NCBI GenBank assembly: GCA_044347425.1
Contig: JBIKUS010000003.1
Coordinates: forward strand, 1 to 41,927
Source: Vampirovibrionales bacterium
GTDB lineage: Bacteria > Cyanobacteriota > Vampirovibrionia > Vampirovibrionales > JAJTHC01
Reading direction: 5' to 3'
Length of the DNA: 41,927 nucleotides
Under the pieces are notes generated by a model that saw nothing but the letters and a program-made list of their open reading frames with translations, had not been told where the DNA came from and searched no databases. The translations under genes were made by a program, and so were the position numbers. Shown piece by piece: positions 16,984 to 27,123 of the stretch. Each line of letters begins with the position of its first letter. The first letter of the stretch is position 1.

Positions 16984-17775
16984 ATGACCACGCTTGAAGT
17001 CACCGCTCCCGCCCTGCCCTACGCCCAACACTTGGCCGACAAGGTGGTGTTGCTCACGGGCGCAAGCCAAGGCATTGGCTTTGCCATAGCCCAAGCCCTT
17101 GCCCCTTACAGCCAACACCATGGCCTTAAATTGGCCATTTCTGGCCGAAACCCCCAACGTCTCGCCCAAGCCACACAACAGCTCCAGCACAGTTTTGCTG
17201 GGCTCGACCTCACCCCCCTACCCGCCGACGTGCAGGATGCTCACAACGGCGAATGGCTGGTAAGCCAAACCGTGCAACGCTACGGCAAGCTCAACATTCT
17301 TATCAATAACGCTGGTATTGGTGGCAAAGTGGGCTTACTCAACGAAGTGAGCGACGAGCAACTGGTCGCCATGGTGGCCACGAACCTTACGGCTCCGCTG
17401 TTGTTGGCCAAGCACGCCCTTAGGGTGATGGTACCCCAACAAGAAGGCACCATCATCAACATCAACAGCATTGCAGGCAAGCGTCCCTTCCCGTATTGGG
17501 TGGCGTATGATGCTACCAAGGCGGGCCTCAAAGCCGCTACTGATGCCCTAAGCGAAGAGCAACGCAGCAACGGCATACGGGTGATAGGCATTTACCCTGG
17601 GGCTGTGGCCACCCACATTTGGGACACCCTCGACCTTGACCAAGCCAACCAACCCGATGCAGGCTCTATTTTGCAGCCACACCAAGTGGCCGAAGCCGTA
17701 CTGTTTGCCTTGGGTCAACCCGCCAACACGTTGGTCAGCGACATTACCCTCGAACCCACTCGCCCTGCTCTGTAA
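16984..17775 (+). CDS. SDR family oxidoreductase
   Basis: TGASQGIG, NNAG and YDATK (YxxxK). Confidence 0.93.
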   Translation: MTTLEVTAPALPYAQHLADKVVLLTGASQGIGFAIAQALAPYSQHHGLKLAISGRNPQRLAQATQQLQHSFAGLDLTPLPADVQDAHNGEWLVSQTVQRYGKLNILINNAGIGGKVGLLNEVSDEQLVAMVATNLTAPLLLAKHALRVMVPQQEGTIININSIAGKRPFPYWVAYDATKAGLKAATDALSEEQRSNGIRVIGIYPGAVATHIWDTLDLDQANQPDAGSILQPHQVAEAVLFALGQPANTLVSDITLEPTRPAL

Positions 17776-17803
17776 CCCTCACACTATCAAGTAGGCCAGC
17801 CCT

Positions 17804-18943
17804 ATGGGTGATGAAGATAAGAATTTTGAAGCCTCGCAACAGAAGCTAAAACGGGCGCGTGAACAAGGGCAAGTGATTAAAAGCCAAGACATGTCTACCG
17901 CACTGTTTATTGTGGTGATGTTTAGCATGTTGTTGGCCATGTCGCCCGCCATTTGGCAAGTCATCAGCGAAACCTTCATCATTTTTTTTGAGCAGATACC
18001 TCACAAACACCTCGAAGATATTGACTGGCGGCTCATTGCCGTACTCAGCATCAGGGCAATGGCCTTACTCGCCCTCCCCTTTTTATTTGCCGCCGCCGCT
18101 ATTGCCATTATTGGCCAAGTAGCCCAAGTGGGGTTGATGATTACCACCAAAACCCTTGAACCTAAGTTTGATAAGCTTAACCCCGTCAACGGTTTTAAAA
18201 ACATCTTCTCAAAACGTAGTTTGATTGAGCTGATCAAAAACATTATCAAAATTGGCCTGTTGGGCTACTTGGCCTACATGGTGTTTATGGATCATATTGG
18301 CAAGCTCATTGCCGTCGCCTCGGCTGATAACGTGTTTGCCGTGCTGTATGTGGTGGGCGAGATCCTCACCCAGTTTATTATTGTGGCCAGCATCGCCTTT
18401 TTTGTGATTGGCGGTTTTGATTACCTCTACCAGCGCAACAAGTTTTTGGGCGACCAAAAAATGAGCATGAAGGAGATGAAAGACGAGTACAAACAAAGTG
18501 AAGGCGACCCCATGGTTAAACACATGATGCGCCAACGCCGAATGCAGATGATGCAACGCCGAATGCTGGAGGCTGTGCCAACGGCGGACGTAGTGGTGAC
18601 CAACCCCATGCACGTGGCGGTGGCCTTACAGTATGACACCGAGGTGATGGAAGCCCCCACCCTGATAGCCAAAGGCGTAGAGCTGTTTGCCGAAGAGATT
18701 AAAAAGCTGGCCAATCAGCACAACATACCCATTGTAGAAAACCCCTTGGTGGCTCGCACCCTGTATAAAACGTTAGATGTTAACCAGCCCATTGCCCCCG
18801 ATATGTACCAAGCCGTGGCCGAAATTTTACTCTTCGCTTGGAAGCTGCAAGGTAAAACCCCACCCCCTATGCCCGAAGCCCCTAGCCCACCATCTGCCAT
18901 CCCTCCCCCACAAACAGACGACTTTACCCCGCCACTGCCCTAA
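17804..18943 (+). CDS. flhB: Flagellar export protein FlhB
   Basis: KLKRAREQGQV, four TM segments, KDEYKQSEGDP and VVTNPMH (NPxH autocleavage region). Confidence 0.95.
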   Translation: MGDEDKNFEASQQKLKRAREQGQVIKSQDMSTALFIVVMFSMLLAMSPAIWQVISETFIIFFEQIPHKHLEDIDWRLIAVLSIRAMALLALPFLFAAAAIAIIGQVAQVGLMITTKTLEPKFDKLNPVNGFKNIFSKRSLIELIKNIIKIGLLGYLAYMVFMDHIGKLIAVASADNVFAVLYVVGEILTQFIIVASIAFFVIGGFDYLYQRNKFLGDQKMSMKEMKDEYKQSEGDPMVKHMMRQRRMQMMQRRMLEAVPTADVVVTNPMHVAVALQYDTEVMEAPTLIAKGVELFAEEIKKLANQHNIPIVENPLVARTLYKTLDVNQPIAPDMYQAVAEILLFAWKLQGKTPPPMPEAPSPPSAIPPPQTDDFTPPLP

Positions 18944-19126
18944 GGGGATTGCCAAGAGGCTATACTAACTACTGTATAAGCCTCTAGGCTTGGCAAGCTG
19001 TTTGCGCTATGCTAATACAATACAGTGTGTACTGGCTTATTGTGTTTGCAAACTTAGCAAATTACCTGCCATGCCACCCCTAGCCCCTTTTATTCCCCGC
19101 ACCCTCATGCCACGAGGTTTGGTTCT

Positions 19127-19789
19127 GTGAGCCAACAACCCCACTCCCTTTCCCTTAAATTGAGCGACTACATCCCCTTGGTTGAACGTGTGGCCAAGGT
19201 GGAATACCGCCGTATCCCCTCGCACATGGTGGACTACGAGGAGCTGGTCAGCATTGGTGCCTTGGCCATATCGGCCTTGCTCAAAAACAAATCTGCTGAT
19301 GATATGTCTAAGCTCAACACGTCGTACCTTGCTACAGCTACCCGCTGGGCCATACGCAACGAGCTACGTACCCGCTACAAGTGGTACACCCTTAAGCATA
19401 AGCAAGACGATAAAGAAGACGACCCCGACAACCCCTCCGAACCTGGCGACCAAGTGCGTGAAGCCGTCTACGAGACGATTCTCTCCATTGATGGTATTAG
19501 CGAAGGCCAAGATGGCGAGGGCAGCTACGATTTTATCGCCGACCAAACCGCCACCCCCGAAGAACAGCTTGAAATCACCGAGCTTGGCCGAGCCATTAAG
19601 CGTGCCATCGAATCGCTCCCCGCTAAAGAGCGTACCATTGTGGAATACCGCTTTTACCGCAACATGCAAGTCAAAGATATTGCCACGATGGTGGGGCTGT
19701 CCAGCTCTAGGATTACACGTATTGTGCAAGCGTCGCTTAACACCGTACGCATTTACTTGCGAGACAACGAAAAAATTATCGACGCTTAG
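19127..19789 (+). CDS. FliA/WhiG-like sigma-70 family factor
   Basis: Region 2 (IPSHMVDYEELVSIG...YLATATRWAIRNELR) and region 4 HTH (LPAKERTIV...VKDIATMVGLSSSRITRI); next to flhB. Confidence 0.85.
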   Translation: MSQQPHSLSLKLSDYIPLVERVAKVEYRRIPSHMVDYEELVSIGALAISALLKNKSADDMSKLNTSYLATATRWAIRNELRTRYKWYTLKHKQDDKEDDPDNPSEPGDQVREAVYETILSIDGISEGQDGEGSYDFIADQTATPEEQLEITELGRAIKRAIESLPAKERTIVEYRFYRNMQVKDIATMVGLSSSRITRIVQASLNTVRIYLRDNEKIIDA

Positions 19790-19962
19790 GCCTTTTTACC
19801 CTGTCCCCGCAGGAAGAGGGAACTTATAATCCCACCAATCTGTCAATATTGGTTTTATGCGGTAGCTCGGAACTAACCCTTGGTTGCCAAGCAAGAACGC
19901 TGTACCTGTGCTATACTTAACGTAGTAGTCTTGCTGTCTGTTTTAGAAACACCCCAACCGCC

Positions 19963-20754
19963 ATGTCAGCGTCCGACGACACCACCCACACCAACGCCGA
20001 GACCGAGACACCCGTCTTTGCCCAAACCCCTACCGACTTTGCCTTTGATGAAGCCTACGAAACTCATTTAATTGAGCTACTCACAGGCTTAGGGGTGAGT
20101 TCGCCGTGGCATTTACCCTTGTATGCCCAAGCTCTCACCCATAGCTCCTACACCTACGAATATCAAAGCCCACGAATGCTCAACTATGAACGCCTCGAGT
20201 TTTTAGGCGATGCCGTGCTGAAGCTGATGATTAGCGATTACCTCTACGAACGTTTCCCCCACTACCGTGAGGGCGAGTTGACCAAAATACGTGCCGTGGT
20301 GGTAAGCGATGCTGTGCTAGCCACACTGGCAAAAACGCTCAACCTTGGGCATTACATGATTTTTGGCCCCAACGAAGCCCGAAGCGGTGGAGCCAAAAAA
20401 ACCAGCAACCTTGCCTGCGCCTTTGAGGCCTTGCTGGGGGCGTTGTACTTGGATGGTAAACTTGAAGATGCCCGTCGCCTGTTGTACGACGTGATGCAAG
20501 ACCCCGTGACCGAGGTGGATTTAAGTAAAACCAAAGACAACTACAAAGCCGTACTGCAAGAGCTTACCCAAGCCGAAGGCATGGGCTTACCCATCTACAC
20601 CACCGTCAAAGAGTCGGGGCCTTCGCACCGTAAAAAATTTGTGATTGAAGTGGCCGTGGCCGACGAAGTGCTAGGCGTGGGCGAAGGCAAAACCAAAAAA
20701 GAGGCACAACAAGCAGCGGCCAAAATAGCCCTGCAGGCTCTTAACCAGCTTTAA
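19963..20754 (+). CDS. rnc: Ribonuclease III
   Basis: NYERLEFLGDAVL signature, FEALLGALYLD and a C-terminal dsRBD. Confidence 0.97.
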   Translation: MSASDDTTHTNAETETPVFAQTPTDFAFDEAYETHLIELLTGLGVSSPWHLPLYAQALTHSSYTYEYQSPRMLNYERLEFLGDAVLKLMISDYLYERFPHYREGELTKIRAVVVSDAVLATLAKTLNLGHYMIFGPNEARSGGAKKTSNLACAFEALLGALYLDGKLEDARRLLYDVMQDPVTEVDLSKTKDNYKAVLQELTQAEGMGLPIYTTVKESGPSHRKKFVIEVAVADEVLGVGEGKTKKEAQQAAAKIALQALNQL

Positions 20755-20759
20755 GTACT

Positions 20760-22319
20760 TTACAAGGTTGAGAGCCGTTGCAACAAGCTCATCAGCCATA
20801 ACACATCGTAGGGTTTGCTTACCAGCCAATGCGCCCCTAGCCCCAGTAAGTCATCGTGCTGGTGGGGTTGTGCCGTGGCCACTACCACCTGCGCACACGG
20901 AGCCAAGCGTTTAAGCTGCTTGCAACACGCTTCCACCGTCTCCAGCGGGCTGGTAACGGCATCTAACAAAACAACGTTCGGTAATAACGTTTCATCGGTA
21001 TGGCTTAGCCACGTGGTTAGCTCGGTATTGTCGGTGGCGGCATCTACTTTTAAGCCTTGGTAACCCAAGGTGGTGCTAAGCAAATAGGCTAAGGCGGCAT
21101 CAGGTTCGGCAATCCACACCAAGCGGGGGGCAGGGTCGGCGGGGGATTGGGGCGGACATTCATGCTCTACTTGCATTGGTAGGCCAAGGGTGTGCTTAAG
21201 CCAGCGGCTACGGGTGCTAGGTTGCTGGTTGAGCTGTACCACCAAGGCTTGCGCTTGATGCAACACCTGTTGCGCTTGTGTCGCCGTCGTCTCAACAGCG
21301 TTAATAACGCCAATATTTACATGCAAAAGGGGTTGCCGATGCAAGCCTCCCCCCAAACGGCAGAGCATAAAACCCCGCTCCAAATCGTCAGCGTCGTGCA
21401 GTATGGCTCGGGCTTGGTCAAACTGTTTGCAAATCAGCCGTGCTAATTTATCGGCATGGTGCCGTGGGCTGACAATCGCCAGCGTAGCATCATCCACTTG
21501 ATGCAGCCATTCGCCTGTGCGAAGCAAGGGCTGGCAGGCTTGTTTTAACACCTTAAGGGCTTGGTAGCAGGCTGCTTGGCTGCTGTTGTGGCTGTAGGTA
21601 GCCCAAGGGCTAAGGCGTAACCACAGTAAGCTCCAGGGGGCGGGGGTAATTTGCGCCAACGGCGGCGCCAACGCCCGAGACATGACCCTAGCCAACACGG
21701 TAGCGTTGGGTAATAGCGACACAGGGTGACGCTGAGGCTCAAATTGCCGCCGCACGTGCGCCAACAGACGGGTGCGTAATTCGGCCGTGGCACCAGCGGG
21801 TAGAGCCACCACATCATCAGCACCTTGCACCAGCCACACCATCGCCTCGGTTGCTATGGGCTGAGGGGGCAGGGTTGACGAAGCGGGAGGATAGGCCTGT
21901 GCTTGCGCCAACGTGGTGCAGGGCGGGTTAGCTTGGGGCGAGCGATGCGCTACGGGTGTGGCTTCGTTAGGTTCCATCATCCGTGGCGTGGGGGGGGTAG
22001 CATCGGTATGTACCACAATAGCAGGGCGTAGGGTTGCCAAGGCGGGGTGTTGCCGTAGCCACTGGCATAAGGGGGCGCATTCAATGCCCACCGCTTGCAA
22101 CGTGGGGGCATGTAGCAGCAACACGTCGGGCTGGTGGTGGGTGAGCCAAGCGTCAAAAGCGTCGTGGGGCTGGGTAATATCCCACGCCGTCAGGTGAACA
22201 AGGGCATCTTTGGCCATGTGTTGTTGCAGCGGAGCGTAGACGTTAGCAAAGCCAGCCACCGCCAGCAAGTGATGCAACGGCAAGGGCAATAAGGCTGGTA
22301 ACGACGAAGCAGATGGCAT
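20760..22319 (-). CDS. Degenerate REC-GGDEF-REC signalling protein
   Basis: Pseudo-receiver (PDVLLLH, QGADDVV), GGDEF-like fold (HPVSLLPN...HQVDDATLAIV) and a C-terminal receiver (VVLLD, SKPY). Confidence 0.65.
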   Translation of the reverse strand: MPSASSLPALLPLPLHHLLAVAGFANVYAPLQQHMAKDALVHLTAWDITQPHDAFDAWLTHHQPDVLLLHAPTLQAVGIECAPLCQWLRQHPALATLRPAIVVHTDATPPTPRMMEPNEATPVAHRSPQANPPCTTLAQAQAYPPASSTLPPQPIATEAMVWLVQGADDVVALPAGATAELRTRLLAHVRRQFEPQRHPVSLLPNATVLARVMSRALAPPLAQITPAPWSLLWLRLSPWATYSHNSSQAACYQALKVLKQACQPLLRTGEWLHQVDDATLAIVSPRHHADKLARLICKQFDQARAILHDADDLERGFMLCRLGGGLHRQPLLHVNIGVINAVETTATQAQQVLHQAQALVVQLNQQPSTRSRWLKHTLGLPMQVEHECPPQSPADPAPRLVWIAEPDAALAYLLSTTLGYQGLKVDAATDNTELTTWLSHTDETLLPNVVLLDAVTSPLETVEACCKQLKRLAPCAQVVVATAQPHQHDDLLGLGAHWLVSKPYDVLWLMSLLQRLSTL

Positions 22320-22430
22320 ACAGGCTCAAAACAAGGGTTTTAAAGGCAGCTAACTTAACAGGACTACTGATAGTGTAGCGTACAAGCAAGTGTCGTACAC
22401 TAAATGCTTAGCTTATTATAAGATTATGGC

Positions 22431-23516
22431 CTACAGATTCGGTGGTAAATGCCTGCCCTGTCGCCACAGGCCTAGTAGCCCTGCCGCCTCAAGGTAGCTG
22501 GCCACGGGTACCAGTAGCCCTTTACGTTGATACGCTTGGGCCTGCTCTGCCCCCAGTACCGCCTCGGCGGTATCGTTTAACACACTGGTATTGCTGGCCA
22601 CCGTGATGACGGGGATGCCCCTAGCCCATGCGCCCAGTACGGGTGGGCTGGCCAAAGTGTCGCAAGGCATTACCCACGCCGCCACACGGCTTGGGGGTAA
22701 GGCCAAAACAGGGTCGGCCAAATGCGGAGCCACCAACAACGGAGCCTGCCGAAGCCCCGCCAGTACACAAGGCAAATACGTCGGGGCTACCACTTCGGCC
22801 GCCACTTTGGGGTTGACGATGGTGTGACATTCAAGCTCGGCCAAGGGGTCGGCAAATACGGGGGCGTGGGCGCAGGGTACACCAAGGGCAAGGGTCACGG
22901 CGTGAGACACAGCAGCCTCGTACCCGCCAATAGGGTCGATGCCTTGGGCTTGGCTGTAGGCGGCATCTAGTGTCTCGTCAGCCACAGGTGGGCAAAGGGT
23001 GACAATGGCCAAGGCGGTGGCACCGTCGGCCAAGGCTTGCTGGCAAGCCTCCAGCAACACGGGCAGGTTAGTGCAGCCCCCGCCCGAAGCACCCGTGGCG
23101 TGTTGGCTTAGCTCCAGCTGTAGGGGTTGCGGGGTAAGGTAAGGGCCTAGTACACGTAACCCATGCACCTGAGCCATGGCCAAGGCCGTGTTGTGTTGTA
23201 AGGTGCGAGTAGTCTCGGCGATGCCACTATCAAACACCAATGCAATGCGGTGGGGGTGAAGGGTGGGTTGCAACAACCACTGCCCCGCCCACCAGGCATC
23301 CATGGCGGCACCTTCTACGTACCACAGGTTGGGCGGTAAGCAGTGGGTAAAGGCGGCGTTGGCTACGTTGGGGTGGCTAATCAACAGGTCGCACTGGGCG
23401 GCTAGGGCTTGCATCCATACGCCAGCATCGCCAGCGTAGCCGCCTTGGCTACAGCCCACACCCGTGGGTATGCTCATACCCACCACAAACGGCGGTGTTG
23501 CGTAGCCTAAGCCCAT
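22431..23516 (-). CDS. DUF3326 domain protein
   Basis: IPTGVGCSQGGYAGDA, HPNVANA, YVEG, DPIGGYEAAVSH, PCAHAP and YLPCVLAGL. Confidence 0.88.
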   Translation of the reverse strand: MGLGYATPPFVVGMSIPTGVGCSQGGYAGDAGVWMQALAAQCDLLISHPNVANAAFTHCLPPNLWYVEGAAMDAWWAGQWLLQPTLHPHRIALVFDSGIAETTRTLQHNTALAMAQVHGLRVLGPYLTPQPLQLELSQHATGASGGGCTNLPVLLEACQQALADGATALAIVTLCPPVADETLDAAYSQAQGIDPIGGYEAAVSHAVTLALGVPCAHAPVFADPLAELECHTIVNPKVAAEVVAPTYLPCVLAGLRQAPLLVAPHLADPVLALPPSRVAAWVMPCDTLASPPVLGAWARGIPVITVASNTSVLNDTAEAVLGAEQAQAYQRKGLLVPVASYLEAAGLLGLWRQGRHLPPNL

Positions 23517-23519
23517 ACC

Positions 23520-24173
23520 CTACGCCCGTGGCAACGGAGGCTGAACGACTCTTGGCTCACCCACTTTGGTAGGTTCTGCCGTGGGGCTTAGGCTGCCAAT
23601 ATAGGGTAAGTTTCTAAAGAGGCCGTTATAATCAAGCCCATAACCCACCACAAATTCGGGGCCAATGGCAAAACCTATAAAATCGGGTTTTAAGGCAGCT
23701 TCAACACTGGGTTGTCGTGCCGAAGGCTTGTCTAACAACACCGCCACCCGTAACGAGGCTGTATGGTGCAACGCCCGTAAATAATCGGTTAAAAAGCTCA
23801 GGGTGAGTCCTGTATCCATAATATCTTCAACTACCAGCACGTGTTGCCCTTCAAGCGAGGGTAGGCTTAAATCCACGCCTTTTACCTGCCCTGTGCTGTG
23901 GGTACCGTCGTAACTGGCTAGGCGAATAAACTCTACTTGGGTGGGGCAATTCAGGCGTTTTACCAAATCGCTTACAAACATAAACGCGCCTGTGAGTACG
24001 CCAATAATCACCAGTTTGTCGCATTGGGCGTAGGTGGCGTTAATGGCTTCGGCCAGTGCGTCTAGCCGTTGGTTAAGGGTGGCTTCGTCAATCAGCACGT
24101 GTAAGGTATGTTGGGCGGGTAAGTGTTCGCTCACCCAAGTGGGGTAAGGCTGGGTTGGGCTAGCGTGTGGCAT
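23520..24173 (-). CDS. hpt: Hypoxanthine phosphoribosyltransferase
   Basis: VLVVEDIMDTGLTL PRPP motif, LLDKP and FVVGYGLDY; likely start is the ATG at 24173. Confidence 0.95.
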   Translation of the reverse strand: MPHASPTQPYPTWVSEHLPAQHTLHVLIDEATLNQRLDALAEAINATYAQCDKLVIIGVLTGAFMFVSDLVKRLNCPTQVEFIRLASYDGTHSTGQVKGVDLSLPSLEGQHVLVVEDIMDTGLTLSFLTDYLRALHHTASLRVAVLLDKPSARQPSVEAALKPDFIGFAIGPEFVVGYGLDYNGLFRNLPYIGSLSPTAEPTKVGEPRVVQPPLPRA

Positions 24174-24491
24174 GGCGGGGGAGCAAACTCCGAACAAGGG
24201 GCGAAGGGATGGCAATAAAAGTATTAAAGCAAAAAGGTGGCTAAAGCTAAAGGCGATACAACTTAACAAAGTTGTAACATTTAAACGAGAAAGTCAATTT
24301 ATTACGTATTTTGTTTTTATATATTACATGAGAGCTAACTAACGAATCGCACCAGCAAGCAGCATAAGTCAGCACTTGCTCGGCGTACTGCTTTACCTGC
24401 CATCCCCCCACAGAGAGAAACCGACTGCCACACACCCACGCTCACCCAGCAGGGGCTGTTTGCAACGGGCTAATGCCAAGGAACCAAGAGA

Positions 24492-25394
24492 ATGTCGCAA
24501 CCTACACTCCAATCCACCGAAACCATTGAATTTGATGAAGCGTATTACCTAAAACTTTACCCTGATGTTAAAGAATGGGTAGACGCTGGCAACGGCACCG
24601 CCTTTGAGCATTTTACCAAATTTGGTATGCCCGAAAACCGCAAGCCCAACCCTTACTTTGACCCCACTTTTTACTTAGGCGAAAACCCCACCGTTAAAGC
24701 CGAGGTAGAAGCAGGTAAGTACACCGCTTGGGACCATTACGTTAATGTGGGCTACCACCAAGGTTTGGCACCTTCGGCCACGTTGCCACCTGTAACGCCC
24801 CCGCCAGCCAACCCCACTACGGCACCTACCACGCCCACCGCACCCAACAACAGTGTGATGATGAACGAGGCTCAAGCTGCGTTAACCTATCACACCACTC
24901 AACTTAATTCGTTGGTGCAATTGGTAAAAGAGTTATTATCAGGGGCGCAAACCATGTCCCCTACTACCCCTACCGCACCCGCTATGCCTACCACGGGTAT
25001 GCCCAACACTATGCAACAACCCATGCCTATGCCCATGGGTAATGGCACACCCATGTTTGTGCCAGTTATTATCCCTTTTTCGAGTTTGTTTGGGCAGCAA
25101 CCCCAACAGCAGTTCGGCCAACCTTCCTCACCATGGGGAATGCCACAACAGCAATTTAGCCAACCCTCCTCACCATGGGGAATGCCACAACAGCAATGGA
25201 CACCTCAGCCTATCACGCAAAACTTCTACATGAGCCAGCCTCAACCCAAACAGCAGTTTAGCCAACAGCCAATGACGCAAAACTTCTTTATGGGACAACA
25301 ACCCCAGCAACAACAATTTGCACCACAGCCAATGCAGCAAAACTTCGCCATGGCGCAATGCCAACCCTCAACCGTGGTGCGTACCTTTTGCTAA
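24492..25394 (+). CDS. Hypothetical protein: N-terminal FDEAYYL..YPDV-type repeat domain plus P/T- and Q/P/M-rich low-complexity tail
   Basis: Two related repeats (FDEAYYLKLYPDV...HF and FDPTFYLGENPTV...HY); AAGGA RBS. Confidence 0.75.
   Translation: MSQPTLQSTETIEFDEAYYLKLYPDVKEWVDAGNGTAFEHFTKFGMPENRKPNPYFDPTFYLGENPTVKAEVEAGKYTAWDHYVNVGYHQGLAPSATLPPVTPPPANPTTAPTTPTAPNNSVMMNEAQAALTYHTTQLNSLVQLVKELLSGAQTMSPTTPTAPAMPTTGMPNTMQQPMPMPMGNGTPMFVPVIIPFSSLFGQQPQQQFGQPSSPWGMPQQQFSQPSSPWGMPQQQWTPQPITQNFYMSQPQPKQQFSQQPMTQNFFMGQQPQQQQFAPQPMQQNFAMAQCQPSTVVRTFC
25104..25196 (+). repeat. 42-bp coding tandem repeat x2.2 (QQQFxQPSSPWGMP)
   Basis: Units at 25104-25145 and 25146-25187 are nearly identical. Confidence 0.9.
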
Positions 25395-25402
25395 ACCTTA
25401 AG

Positions 25403-26341
25403 TTAGCAAGGCGGTAGGCTGACCCAATGGGTAGGGTTAACGGGTGTGCCGTGTACGTACAGCCCCCAATGCAAATGGGGGCCACTGGCAAAGCCCGTAT
25501 CGCCCACAAGACCAATGGGGTCGCCAGCTTTAAGCGGTTGTCCAGGTTTCACGTCAATACGGCTCATGTGGATGTAAATCGAGGTCAACCCTTGGCCATG
25601 GTCAATCCCCACCGTGCCGCCGTGCAAGCGGTACTGCCGAGCCAAACTCACTACACCGCCCGTCGTCGTCCGTATCAGCCTACCTTGCGGCGAGCGATGA
25701 TCGACTCCTTTGTGGTAATTACCCGAAAATGTGCCGTTATAATACCGTTTTGAGCCAAACACCGAGTTCATGCAATCAGGCACGGGCGGGCGCAAAGCAG
25801 CGTCCCAGTAGCGGGTGGGGCTGGCCACCGCTTTAAACTTGGTAATGGCTTCCAACTCGCCAGGCTCTGCCGTAAGCGATGCGGTTGACGAGGAGACGGC
25901 CACGTTTTGCTTGCTAAAGTTAGCATCCACAATGGCAATGGCCTTCTCAAACACCACATCACCCTCGGCGTTTTTAACCAACAGAGGGAAGGATCCCACT
26001 TTCTGTAAAGGGTCAGCGGCGATAATACCCAACCACTGCCCACTGGCCTGTTTAAACATGGGGACGGTTTTACCCGCTAGGCTCAAACTCAGTTGTGTCG
26101 TAGCTTCGGGTACGTGGCTGCCCACAATCTCAAGCCAATCGCCTTGTTTTAGCGTGGCTTTTGAGAGGGTGTAGGTAGTATCGGGGGCTTTGGGCTTGTC
26201 GGTTGTAGGTACGGGGGCCTGTGCCATCATGGGCCAATAGGTAGCCCACACGTGTTGGGCGGGTAGTAAGGCGACAATGGCTAACACCACCCATAAGGCG
26301 GGGCGTATGGCAAACGACGATAGGGGGGAACGAACTTTCAT
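25403..26341 (-). CDS. M23 family metallopeptidase (secreted)
   Basis: HKGVD, YIHMS and GPHLHWG motifs; signal peptide. Confidence 0.93.
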   Translation of the reverse strand: MKVRSPLSSFAIRPALWVVLAIVALLPAQHVWATYWPMMAQAPVPTTDKPKAPDTTYTLSKATLKQGDWLEIVGSHVPEATTQLSLSLAGKTVPMFKQASGQWLGIIAADPLQKVGSFPLLVKNAEGDVVFEKAIAIVDANFSKQNVAVSSSTASLTAEPGELEAITKFKAVASPTRYWDAALRPPVPDCMNSVFGSKRYYNGTFSGNYHKGVDHRSPQGRLIRTTTGGVVSLARQYRLHGGTVGIDHGQGLTSIYIHMSRIDVKPGQPLKAGDPIGLVGDTGFASGPHLHWGLYVHGTPVNPTHWVSLPPC

Positions 26342-26474
26342 CAGGGATGGCTCTCTCAATAACAAACACAGCGGGGTGAACATCATTTATGGTTGATAGT
26401 TTACCACACTCTCAGCAGTTAAGGTGCTGAACAAAAACTTAAGTTCCGTTAGTCGTCAAGGGGGGTAGCAGACC

Positions 26475-27032
26475 CTAAGCTAAGGGCTTGGCTAGCCACA
26501 CCGTCAGCTGGCTATGCCCCGTGCTGCCCCACCGCTCATTTAGCACGCTATAGCCATGCTTTTGCAACATCGGTACAGACTTCATGGCAGGGATGGTTTC
26601 GGCATACGCCCACGTAAAGCCCGCCTGCTTCGCCTCGGCTTCGGCAAGGGCTAACAAGCGTTGCCCCCACCCCTGCCGACGGTAAGGGGGAAGTAGGTAA
26701 AACTTAATCATCTCGGCTTTGCCTTCGGCAAGGGGCGTGCCTTTTAAGTGCATCCACCCACCACCGCCAACGACGACGGGCTGGCCTTGCTCATCTGCTG
26801 TAGCTAGTACCCAATAGTTAGCGTGGGGGTGCTGCGCCACAAAGCCAGCCATATCGGCCAGTTCGGGGTCGGCGGCGGCGGTACCTTCACCACCAAGGCC
26901 ATATTCTGCAAGGCAGGCAAGCACCACTTGCTTTAGGGCAGCGTTATCGGCAGAGGTAATGGGGCGAAGCTCCACGGGAGGGAGTTCGGGGGGCGTGGGC
27001 AACGGAGCAGGAGGTGTAGGGTTGGTGAGCAT
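26475..27032 (-). CDS. GNAT family N-acetyltransferase
   Basis: FYLLPPYRRQGWGQRLL acetyl-CoA motif A. Confidence 0.9.
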   Translation of the reverse strand: MLTNPTPPAPLPTPPELPPVELRPITSADNAALKQVVLACLAEYGLGGEGTAAADPELADMAGFVAQHPHANYWVLATADEQGQPVVVGGGGWMHLKGTPLAEGKAEMIKFYLLPPYRRQGWGQRLLALAEAEAKQAGFTWAYAETIPAMKSVPMLQKHGYSVLNERWGSTGHSQLTVWLAKPLA

Positions 27033-27123
27033 GGATGTCTCGCCTTTTTAACAAGTGGCAGCCAATAACAGTGAGCTATTGTGGCTTAGTTTGTGCGGTT
27101 TGTCTACACGTAGGCACGGTGGG

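Noticed and set aside
19182-19829. Long alternative-frame ORFs overlapping real genes (this one, 1812-2330, 27242-27847, 37015-37539 and others)
   Set aside because: They have no recognisable motifs and are fully overlapped by well-supported genes.
19963-20754. RNase III as part of the CRISPR system
   Set aside because: It is an ordinary host rnc outside the island; proximity is probably coincidental although it could process crRNA:tracrRNA.
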